Source of the DNA: Nemertoderma westbladi
Lineage: Eukaryota; Animalia; Xenacoelomorpha
Direction of reading: 5' to 3'
Assembly (NCBI GenBank): GCA_032718475.1
Contig: JAUCBJ010008295.1
Span: forward strand, 1-64,000
Length of the DNA stretch: 64,000 nucleotides
Position 1 is the first letter of the stretch. Every line of letters begins with the position of its first letter. The position numbers and the translations under genes were made by a program. The notes beneath the pieces were generated by a model. The model worked only from the letters and a program-made list of their open reading frames with translations. It had not been told where the DNA came from and did not search any database. This document shows, piece by piece, positions 41,448 to 50,786 of this stretch.

Positions 41448-41458
41448 ATAACGGATAT
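41448..41458 (+). promoter_or_regulatory. Non-tRNA primer-binding site of E3, complementary to LTR segment 40689-40699
   Basis: ATAACGGATAT is the exact reverse complement of ATATCCGTTAT. There is no TGG-type tRNA PBS. Confidence 0.8.
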
Positions 41459-41814
41459 CTGCTTCTTTATTGCAGTAAGCAATAAAGTTGAAAGTACCGG
41501 TCAACCGGTAAACCTGAACGGTACATCTGTAGGTCAGTAGGCCCAACTGCCAGAACCGGTACTGCTGTAGGCCCGTAGGTCCAACTGCCAGAACCGGTAC
41601 TTCTGCAGGTCCGTAGGCCCAACTGTCCTAATCGGTACTTCCCGTATAAGTACATTAGTATTATTCGATTTGATTGTTGCATACCGGTAGGCTGTTTAAG
41701 AGATTAGGGACTGTACACCCCTTGTTTCTTTTGGAGCTTACTCATTTCTGTCAGTTTTATTTATTTGTAGGCCAGTATTGAACAGAAGGCGTGTAAGCCT
41801 GATCAGATTGTACA

Positions 41815-42345
41815 GACAATTTGTAGGGTGGATAGTTGTCTGATTGCTGTTAAGTCTGAACGGATTGCAGTGTGTGTAGATCACCTGTCCGATAAAGAAC
41901 GGTTAGGAAGTAGGGGCAGCCAATGCTGTAAGGTAAACCCCCAACTAAAGAATAAGTCGTACTACTGGGTTAGAACGCATACTACCTAATCATTTCGGAG
42001 TCTGCATGTCCTGTAGTTTATTTAGGCTTGAGAGTAGTCTGCCATCGTTTAGTCTGTACTTTGTTTGTGTAAGTCTGTACAGGTAGCGTATAATATTTAT
42101 TTATATAATTTGTAGGCTGGATAGTTGTCTGGCTGTTATTAGGTCTGAACGGATTGCAGTGTGTGTAGAGCCTCTGTCCGATAAAGAACGGTTAGGAAGT
42201 AGGGGCAGCCAATGCTGTAAGGTAAACCCCCAACTAAAGAATAAGTCGTACTACTGGGTTAGAACGCATACTACCTAATCATTTCGGAGTCTGCATGTCC
42301 TGTAGTTTATTTGGGCTTGATAGTAGCCTGTCAGTATTTGGTCTG
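41815..42345 (+). repeat. About 290-bp-period tandem duplication in the 5' leader
   Basis: Blocks starting at about 41817 and 42107 repeat. Equivalent duplications occur in E1 (about 3267/3553) and E2 (about 28370/28660). Confidence 0.85.
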
Positions 42346-43687
42346 CATTTTGTTTGAGTGGTTTGTACGCGTAGCGTAATATTTATTATTCAGAGTTTAT
42401 GCGATTATTCGCAACATTCATATCCCCAAGTTTGTTCCTACAATAATTGTGTTTGTTATACATACCGCTATAGTTAAATTAACCCCGGTACTACACGGGC
42501 TGCTTGGCGTAGGTAAAGACTGGTGATTTTGTGCACCGGTCACTCCAGCAGATGCCGTGGTTCTTTTAACTGTTCAAGTATATTTAACTACTGATTATAT
42601 GTTGTACAAGTACTCGTACCTAATTTAGGGTTTAGTGTACAGTGCTTTCCGAAAGTAATTAGTGTAGACATTATATTTGTGTTGTAAAGTGGTTAATAGG
42701 CACGTTCGATTAGCTCTATTAACTTCTAGGTAGGAACACTCCGTGATACATAACGTAGTACCTATAGCGATACGGCTATAGGTCGTCAGGCGGTGGTATT
42801 TTCCTATCTGGACAACGCAGTGTATTTACTACTACGTATTATTTTCAAATACCGCAGTACCCTGTCCGTTGTAATAACCAGAATTCTAACCCTTTGTTAG
42901 GCTGGTTTGTAGACTTCTTGTAAAATTACCCTAAAAATTTCGTATTTGTGTTTTTTGTAAATTTTTGTGTTTATTTAGAGATTGTAATCTCACCCGAATT
43001 GTACGTAATTTGTAGTATTAAGTAACTTAGGTAAATTAGCATTATTTGTTTTAGTGTCCTATAAGTAACACTTCACTAAAAGCGCACCGCTTTGTGTAGT
43101 GATTACTCCCCAGAAATAATAACACCCCATTAAAACGGGAATATATTTATTATAAATCAAATCTAACGATTTATAAATAGTAGGCCTACCATACAACCAT
43201 TAGGTCTCAATATCAGTTGGACTACTGCTCAAATAACGGTAATAAAGTAAGTAAAGTAACCAAGTAACCCTAAAATTCAGAAATTCAATTATTAAAAATA
43301 ATTGATATACCGGTATTTACGATAGGCCTATTATCTTTATTTCTATAAATTTCGGCTGAAATTATACCGGTACTTGTAATTAATTCTAGTCCAGAATTAT
43401 ATATACTACAAACTGTAAGCTGTATACCGGTATTCCCGATAGGCCTATTATATATTTATATATATTTGTGCTAAAATTATACCGGTATTCTGTGATAAAC
43501 CTAGTCTGTAATAATACTTATATAGTTATATATACTATAAGCATACCGGTATTCTAATATATTATATATATCACGCTACACTGAGTAGCAGTATCGGTAA
43601 TTAATTACTAGGCTAGCAGTTAATACTGAGTTACTAGACTTGCTCAGACTGTAATATAGCAGTAGGCATTCAACTGTACACATAAAC

Positions 43688-46600
43688 ATGTCTGATACTA
43701 AGCAGAACCTGTCAGACAGTTTATTAGATGTAACTATCTGCGACTCAGATAGAGACGTAGAACCGTCTGGTCGTAAGTTCAGTTCACCTCCCACTGTGAG
43801 GAAGGTCACCCCTCCAGGAGTAATAAGAGAACCTAGGCTGGTCCAACATCGTAGGTCTATCATAGGCACGCGAGCTCAGGTCAAGCGGAACCAAGAAGCA
43901 GCGGAACAGCGACAACCCGCGAGCCAAGAACTTATTTCTCAGCGGCCCGACAGCTCCAGTAGTGAAGATACTGCAGAACTGACACCCGAGCGCGGAGCAA
44001 GGATGACGGATGAGGCTTATTCAGATCCCCTTCTCATCCTTCCTGCAGCCGTACTCACTAGGTTATTGATCGCTGTGGAAGAACACCAGATCGATTGGGC
44101 GAGAAGCCAGCGTTCAACTAGAGATAGTTATGCTGGATACACAAGGGAAGAACTGAAGTCCATGGTCGAGTCACAATGGAACTTCCCCGGACCCGGACTC
44201 CCGTTTGATTTATCAGAAGCTGCCTGGGAAGACATACACCGGATGGGAGTAGCCAAGGAAACCATCGATCCAGCTGTGTGGAAGAGGTCCGCAGCCAGAT
44301 ACGCACAGGGATTCTTCAGCTCTATGGAGCGAGTAAAAGGACAACTGTTTCAACAACCACAAGGACCTCAAGAGCAGGGACAACTGCTTTATCAAGTTAG
44401 AGAAAGAATTCTGCGAATCAGGCTAATCTTATCAGCCTTTGAGGAGGCTTCTAAACGAAGACAAGACACGTCGTTGCAAGTTGCCGTAAAGACTTGGTTT
44501 CAACGGGTGAGTCTCCAGGTTCAAGGAACAGCTCAGTGGAAAGCTCAGCTGGAGGAGCGATCAACCCATGGAGAATCAACAGACGCTACTTTTTCCCAAG
44601 TGGAAAGTGAAGCGACGGCAGAGAAACCACATAAGAGGGATGCCATTGACATCTATCTGTCAGACTATCAACGTTTTTTAGGTGATGACGAGTTGAGGAG
44701 AAGGTTAGAGGGACTTAGCCCTAATAGTGAAGGAACCAAGCTTGTGTTGGATGCCATCGATGTGGAAATGAGGGCTGCGAATCAGGCTAAATTTGATGAA
44801 CAACTCCGCATCACACGAGTCCAAGAAGAACAAGTAAAGAAAAAACGTATAGAAGACAGAAAGAAAGCAGCAGTGGTAGCTGCAGAAGCAGAAAGAAAAG
44901 CGGCAGCGGCAGAGGCAGCGGCAGAGGCAAAAGTGGCAGAAGCAGAACGGAACGCGGCTGAAGAAATCACCCAATTAGAATTGGAAAACATTCAGGAGAA
45001 TCAAGACTGCATAAATAAACAGTTAACAGCTAGTAATATGCAGATGATGAATCGATCTACTCCCAAAAGACAGGGATATACATCATCTGAAGAAGGCGAT
45101 ACCACCGATACTGAAGGCAAAGGAAATAGATCTCGTCTAAGCAGACGTAAAAGAACATTCCACCGTCAGAAATTGCCTGATTTGCCTCCAGCTGTTAGAA
45201 GGCAACTTAATAACACCAACTTAGGTAGTACAGAGCCCACAGACCAAATAATTAAAATAGAAAGACTCCCTACTATAGTAGATGAGCCTGAAATAATTAG
45301 GCCTGTTCTTGAAATCACCCCTTCTGTGATAGACACACCTGTACTCCCTGAACCTACCTCTCAATTCCCGTTGCACAGCACTAAGCTACCTGTGCCCAGT
45401 AGAACAGCCCATGAGACAGTTCATGCTCTGGACTCCGAGCGGAATGTTCATGATTTGTCGCCTGTTGTCCCTCGTCCGCCCGCTACAACGTTGGCGGATC
45501 CCGTTTCGGCGGTTGATTGGGTGGACGAGAGACGGCGGGGGATGGACATTCTCCTCGGAAAGATGGAGGAGAATCAAAGGCGCTCCTCCCAACAGGTCCG
45601 AGAGTTAGAAGGGACTGTTCAACAGTTAAAGGGAACCGTAAAGGAAAGTAGGTTAGAGTTGCAGGAAGTGCAGCAAAATATCGCGTTGGAACGCGATAAA
45701 TTAGTAAATTTACAAAAGGGTATACTACCACCCCTTGTAACAATGTGTCAACCTGTTAGGTCTGAAGTATCTCATGCGCAAGGTGTGGAGCCTACACGCA
45801 TCTATACTGCTAGCGAAGTAGAAACTCCTATAGTGAACCCTATTAAGGGTAATTATAGACCTGTTGATAATGATATTCCATATAGAACGGATCATAATCC
45901 GAGAAATTTATATACCGATAACTCGATATTAAATAACACGATGGCCCAAGAAAGTTTTACGCGTCAAATGGCTAGAACCGAAGCCCGGCAAGCGGTAAAG
46001 GTGGGAGAGATCGTCAAGTTCAATGGAGATGAGATGAAATGGTTACCTTTTAATGAATATTACAAAGATAACATACAGAACTCTGTACTATCTAATGGAG
46101 AAAAACTTAGATACCTCATCGAGTGCTTGGAAGGATCTCCCAAGTTAATGGCGTTAAAGTTTATTGGACATCCAGACGGATTAAGACAAGTTTGGGATAC
46201 ACTAAACATCAGGTATGGTAATAGGAATAACATCGCTGGGTATTTGTATGCAAAGTTGGTAGCGCCCCGAAAGTTTATTAGCAGCGGGATTATCGAGTTT
46301 TCCGATGAGATCCAGGAGATCTGCAGACAATTAGATTGGCTAGGTAAGTCTCATGAGTATCAGAACACTATGGTTATTAGAGCAGTAGCTTCTACTTTAC
46401 CGAAGGGTGGAGTAGGCACACGCTGGGATAAGAAAGTGTTATATATGATGGAACAACAACGACGAGACCCTACCATGGCTGATCTCATGTCATTCCTAGA
46501 TGGAGAAGTGAAATTACAGCTCCTGAAACTGTCCAGAGAGAAGACACCGGATAACAAGGTAAGTGAAAAACCCGTCTCTAGGAGAAAGGTAACACCAGTG

Positions 46601-47950
46601 TGTTATACAGACGACGGCGAAAGCCAGACTTCTCAAGGAGAAGATAGCGGGAAGGACACTGAGAGATCTTATTACGTAAATAAAATGCCTAAAGATCAGG
46701 TAAGTAAATTCAAGTCTCGAACAAATGACAGGAGAGAACAGGTAAGAAAAACTCCTCCTACGTCTCCCAAGAGAATTCAGGTGAGAAAGCCCGAAGAAAA
46801 GGCAAGTGTGCACAATGTGACTCAGATTAAGGTGAGTAACATCAAACCAAAATGTGCGCTATGTGATGGGACCCATCGCTTGAATATGTGTGATGAATTT
46901 CTAAAGAAATCATTAACTGAGAGACGTGAAGTCATGTGGGATAAGCGGTTATGTTATAATTGCCTCAGACCAGGACACCAAAGGCGAACCTGTTATTCTG
47001 ACATAAAATGTGCAAAGTGTGGTGCGAAACATCATATCTTGTTGCACGCTGAATTCGATCGAAATAGTCCTAATCAGGTAAGTGATTCCGAACTACATGT
47101 CCAATTCAGTGATGTGAACGACACTGATCAATCTGAGATGGAAGGATTCTATACGGACGAGTTCTCCGACGAAAACGAATCCTGTTACATGATAAATACC
47201 GCAGTGTATCGAGCACTCACATATGAAAAAGATACAGACAGCGACTTCACTCTAACTACTTCTGAGCGACAACCATCGTGGAAAGCACCAACTTCCAATG
47301 TAGGAATCCGAGAATTTCCTGTAGTCCAGTTACGGGTCCATGGACCTCAGAAGAGCTATATAGTGAACGCCCTCCTGGACTCCGGCAGCACAGGAACATT
47401 CATTGATAAAGAACTAGCCGAAGACATCTTCGCTGGACAACCTAAGTTCCGAACCAAGCTAAATATGTCAGGCATTATGCAAGTTTGGAAATCTACAGTA
47501 ACAGCTGATTATTATGTAGGCGCGTTGTCCACCCCACAAGACAAACTAGGAGAACATAGCATAAGGTCAGTGAAATTGGTGGCTATAAAGAACTTCGCTA
47601 CTACTCAAGCAGACCTTTATAATTGGGACGAGGATGAGAGCATCCAACATCTTAAGATACCTCGATTCCAGACTGATTATCCTGGAGTGCAAATACTCCT
47701 CGGCCAAAACGCGCATGAGGCGCTGGAGACATTGGAGAAACGGCCTGCTCAACCGCAGCCACTACAGACCTATGCGGTAAGAACTAGAGTAGGTTGGTAC
47801 TTTACTGGCCCTTCCCGTAGAACACTCAGAGAAAGACTACCGCAAGAGCGCGTCTACCAGGTGAGTGAATGGGAAGATGATACTAGTGAGGGAGACGATT
47901 TAACTGAGGGAACCCCATACTCCTCAGATAACGACGACGTGCACCATTGA
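43688..47950 (+). CDS. gag: BEL/Pao Gag-protease polyprotein (1420 aa)
   Basis: DUF1759-like region (KFNGDEMKWLPF...EKLRYLIECLEG), the BEL triple knuckle (CALCDGTHRLNMC, CYNCLRPGHQRRTC, CAKCGAKHHILLH) and protease ALLDSGS. Confidence 0.95.
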   Translation: MSDTKQNLSDSLLDVTICDSDRDVEPSGRKFSSPPTVRKVTPPGVIREPRLVQHRRSIIGTRAQVKRNQEAAEQRQPASQELISQRPDSSSSEDTAELTPERGARMTDEAYSDPLLILPAAVLTRLLIAVEEHQIDWARSQRSTRDSYAGYTREELKSMVESQWNFPGPGLPFDLSEAAWEDIHRMGVAKETIDPAVWKRSAARYAQGFFSSMERVKGQLFQQPQGPQEQGQLLYQVRERILRIRLILSAFEEASKRRQDTSLQVAVKTWFQRVSLQVQGTAQWKAQLEERSTHGESTDATFSQVESEATAEKPHKRDAIDIYLSDYQRFLGDDELRRRLEGLSPNSEGTKLVLDAIDVEMRAANQAKFDEQLRITRVQEEQVKKKRIEDRKKAAVVAAEAERKAAAAEAAAEAKVAEAERNAAEEITQLELENIQENQDCINKQLTASNMQMMNRSTPKRQGYTSSEEGDTTDTEGKGNRSRLSRRKRTFHRQKLPDLPPAVRRQLNNTNLGSTEPTDQIIKIERLPTIVDEPEIIRPVLEITPSVIDTPVLPEPTSQFPLHSTKLPVPSRTAHETVHALDSERNVHDLSPVVPRPPATTLADPVSAVDWVDERRRGMDILLGKMEENQRRSSQQVRELEGTVQQLKGTVKESRLELQEVQQNIALERDKLVNLQKGILPPLVTMCQPVRSEVSHAQGVEPTRIYTASEVETPIVNPIKGNYRPVDNDIPYRTDHNPRNLYTDNSILNNTMAQESFTRQMARTEARQAVKVGEIVKFNGDEMKWLPFNEYYKDNIQNSVLSNGEKLRYLIECLEGSPKLMALKFIGHPDGLRQVWDTLNIRYGNRNNIAGYLYAKLVAPRKFISSGIIEFSDEIQEICRQLDWLGKSHEYQNTMVIRAVASTLPKGGVGTRWDKKVLYMMEQQRRDPTMADLMSFLDGEVKLQLLKLSREKTPDNKVSEKPVSRRKVTPVCYTDDGESQTSQGEDSGKDTERSYYVNKMPKDQVSKFKSRTNDRREQVRKTPPTSPKRIQVRKPEEKASVHNVTQIKVSNIKPKCALCDGTHRLNMCDEFLKKSLTERREVMWDKRLCYNCLRPGHQRRTCYSDIKCAKCGAKHHILLHAEFDRNSPNQVSDSELHVQFSDVNDTDQSEMEGFYTDEFSDENESCYMINTAVYRALTYEKDTDSDFTLTTSERQPSWKAPTSNVGIREFPVVQLRVHGPQKSYIVNALLDSGSTGTFIDKELAEDIFAGQPKFRTKLNMSGIMQVWKSTVTADYYVGALSTPQDKLGEHSIRSVKLVAIKNFATTQADLYNWDEDESIQHLKIPRFQTDYPGVQILLGQNAHEALETLEKRPAQPQPLQTYAVRTRVGWYFTGPSRRTLRERLPQERVYQVSEWEDDTSEGDDLTEGTPYSSDNDDVHH

Positions 47951-50786
47951 GGTCGCTAAAGGAACGGTAGAGTGCTTAAAAAGAGGTGGGTTTCGATTAA
48001 CGAAATTCACCAGCAACTCCCGTGAGTTTCTGGAGTCGATCCCTGCGGAAGATCGAGGGGCGAAAGATCTAGATTTGATCAAAGATGATCTGCCAGAAAC
48101 CAAGACACTCGGCTTGAAATGGGACACAGAGCGAGATATCCTGTTTTTCCAGCTAAAACAGCGAGATAATCCAGTTCGAACCAAACGGATTTGCTTAAGT
48201 ATACTGAGCACTTATTTCGATCCATTGGGATTTATTAGTCCAGTTATCTTGATTGCTCGTAGTTTGGTACATCAAATGTGGCTTGAAAACCACTCATGGG
48301 ACGATCCACTTAAGGGAGAATTATTGAAGAAGTGGATGAAATGGGAAGATTCTCTGCCGGCTATCGAGGATTTTATAATTTCCCGTTCATATTTTGGTCA
48401 TGTTCTCCCTACGTATTCCTATCAACTCCATGTGTTTGGAGACGCCAGCGATATGGGAATAGGTATAGTAGCCTATCTAAGAGTGGAAACTCCGGATGGA
48501 ATCAAAGTTGCCTTGGTTACTTCTAAGGCATTAATCAACAACAAGTTGAAAGTTCCTCGAGCGGAGTTAAAAGCGGCTCTATACGCTACAGCCATCGGCC
48601 GGAATGTAACAGAACAGATTGACTATCCATTAGAGAAAACTGTCTATTGGACCGACGCTTTACTCGTGTTAGAGTATATAACCAATGAAGTCTGTCAGTT
48701 CAGCGTCTTCGTTACCAACAGAGTAGCCATCATACTTAGTCGCACGACGATGGACCAATGGAGACATTGCCCCGGAACGATTAATCCAGCAGACATCGCC
48801 TCCCGAGGAGCGACTCCCAAGGAATTGGTAAATACTCCCGAATGGTTAGGTGGACCCGACTTTCTCTACAAAGAAGAAGAAGAATGGCCTCCCCATCTCA
48901 CAACAGCAGAGATCAGACAGGCCAAGGGAGCGGAGAAAGTTAAACCCAAAACTCGAGCGAGTAAATCGAAGTTGTTTAAACCTGCGGTTGATCTATCTGT
49001 ATTATTTACTTCCGGAGAGGATGCTTTGGATCAGAAACCCACCGCCACGACTAAAGAAGTCTTGGAAATCCGTGACAAGGATTGGAAATCTGGAATACCA
49101 GATATCGCGCAAGGACTCTCACCCCTCCTGCAGAGAGTGATACGTCATTACAGTTCCTGGAATCGGCTCTGTAAAGCCGTCACCTATTTAAAACGATGTT
49201 TTCATCATCGTTACTCCGGGACAAAGACCAATAGTGATGATGCTCCATCAACATCTGCACGAGTCCATGTTGTTAAAGATCTTCCCCAATACAAGATATC
49301 CGACAGGTTTCTAAAGGAGAAGATCAGTTACCAGGAGCATGATGAAACCAACAAACAGATGCTGAGACTCCTACAATGCTATGAGGATCCCGATAAGTAT
49401 TTCCTGTTGTTAAGAAATCCGCAGATGCACTTAAGGGATCGCTTCTCTAGTACCATGATAGATGGGTTAATACGTGTTGGAGGCAGGCTCACCAACGCCC
49501 CATTATCCTTTGACACTAAATTTCCCATACTCATTAGAAATCTTGACATACAAATCAAGATGATTGTGGATGTTCATAGCAAACTGTATCATGCTGGAAG
49601 AGAACGAGTTCTGAGCGAAATTCGAACTCGCTACTATTTTTATAAACCCCGTAGGGCTCTGAACCAAGTCCTTAGGAACTGCATACCCTGTAGGAAAGCA
49701 TTCAGTAGGCCTTTGACACAGCGAGAGGCAGAATTACCTAGGGAAAGAGTAAGCTTCTACGAACCACCCTTTACTAATACCGGTGTGGATTTATTTGGCC
49801 CTATTGAAGTATATCGTGCCCGGACTATAGTCAAGAGATGGTGTGTCATCTTCGTTTGTATGACTTGTAGAGCTATCCATCTCGATATGGTAAACGATCT
49901 ATCCACCAACAGCTTCGTGTTGAGTTTACGACGACAGATCGCTCGCTTCGGAACCAGTAACACGATGAGATCGGATAAGGGAACGAACTTCATTGGCGCC
50001 AACAACGAAATTCAAGCTTACGTAAAGGACTGGAACAAAAGACAGGTGGACGATCAGCTAAGGATAACAGCGTCTAGCTGGACCTTCAACGCCGCCGACG
50101 CCCCTTGGTGGGGAGGAAGTTGGGAGAGATTGATTAGGAGCGTGAAGACTGCGTTCCACTTTATTGTGCCTTGTCGCGCTTATCTCACCGACGAACTATT
50201 GCGGACGTTAATGGAGGAAATCGCCGCCTATCTCAACGAAAGACCGCTTATGCCAGTCTCTTCAAGTCCTGATTCCCTGGAAGCGCTAACACCCGCGCAC
50301 TTTCTACTGAAGAAACCCGTAGCCATGCTCCCACGATCGGAGATCACAGACGGAGACGAGTACTGCCGTCGAACCTGGCAACTTATGCAGTTGCTATCCC
50401 GTCGTTTCGCTGACCATTTCGAGAAACATTACCTGCCCACTCTACAACTTCGAACTAAGTGGTTTGCGCAGCAAGAAAACGTCAGCGCTGGAGACATGGT
50501 GCTTATTGTGGACCCCGATCTCCCACGTAAGCGATGGCAAACAGGACGTATCATCGAGACTCATATCTCGAGCTATGGTTTGGTGCGATCAGTAGAACTC
50601 GTCGTCATGCGGCGTAACTTTAAGAAACCAGGGATAGTCTTTGAGACTCAACAGCTCAATCGCCCAGTGGGTCGTTTATGTTTACTGGAAAGAGACAGAG
50701 AGCTCTCCGGAAACTATGGAAGGCAAGAAACTCTTCCCACGACCACTTCCCTAATCCAACCGACATCTAGGGACTCCCCAACTTAA
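47943..50786 (+). CDS. pol: Pol remnant: RT C-terminal tail, RNase H and integrase (out of frame with gag-PR, RT catalytic core missing)
   Basis: GGFRLTKFTSNS and KTLGLKW (RT end). LHVFGDAS, PRAEL, YWTDA and NPADIASRG (RNase H). H..LYHAG...CIPC, GVDLFGP, SDKGTNF and GGSWERL (integrase HHCC and DDE). Confidence 0.92.
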   Translation, partial: TIEVAKGTVECLKRGGFRLTKFTSNSREFLESIPAEDRGAKDLDLIKDDLPETKTLGLKWDTERDILFFQLKQRDNPVRTKRICLSILSTYFDPLGFISPVILIARSLVHQMWLENHSWDDPLKGELLKKWMKWEDSLPAIEDFIISRSYFGHVLPTYSYQLHVFGDASDMGIGIVAYLRVETPDGIKVALVTSKALINNKLKVPRAELKAALYATAIGRNVTEQIDYPLEKTVYWTDALLVLEYITNEVCQFSVFVTNRVAIILSRTTMDQWRHCPGTINPADIASRGATPKELVNTPEWLGGPDFLYKEEEEWPPHLTTAEIRQAKGAEKVKPKTRASKSKLFKPAVDLSVLFTSGEDALDQKPTATTKEVLEIRDKDWKSGIPDIAQGLSPLLQRVIRHYSSWNRLCKAVTYLKRCFHHRYSGTKTNSDDAPSTSARVHVVKDLPQYKISDRFLKEKISYQEHDETNKQMLRLLQCYEDPDKYFLLLRNPQMHLRDRFSSTMIDGLIRVGGRLTNAPLSFDTKFPILIRNLDIQIKMIVDVHSKLYHAGRERVLSEIRTRYYFYKPRRALNQVLRNCIPCRKAFSRPLTQREAELPRERVSFYEPPFTNTGVDLFGPIEVYRARTIVKRWCVIFVCMTCRAIHLDMVNDLSTNSFVLSLRRQIARFGTSNTMRSDKGTNFIGANNEIQAYVKDWNKRQVDDQLRITASSWTFNAADAPWWGGSWERLIRSVKTAFHFIVPCRAYLTDELLRTLMEEIAAYLNERPLMPVSSSPDSLEALTPAHFLLKKPVAMLPRSEITDGDEYCRRTWQLMQLLSRRFADHFEKHYLPTLQLRTKWFAQQENVSAGDMVLIVDPDLPRKRWQTGRIIETHISSYGLVRSVELVVMRRNFKKPGIVFETQQLNRPVGRLCLLERDRELSGNYGRQETLPTTTSLIQPTSRDSPT

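Noticed and set aside
41448-41470. Canonical tRNA primer-binding site
   Set aside because: No TGG adjacent to the LTR end in any of the three copies.
47930-47960. Programmed frameshift between gag-PR and pol
   Set aside because: There is no slippery heptamer, and the frame change coincides with the RT deletion junction.
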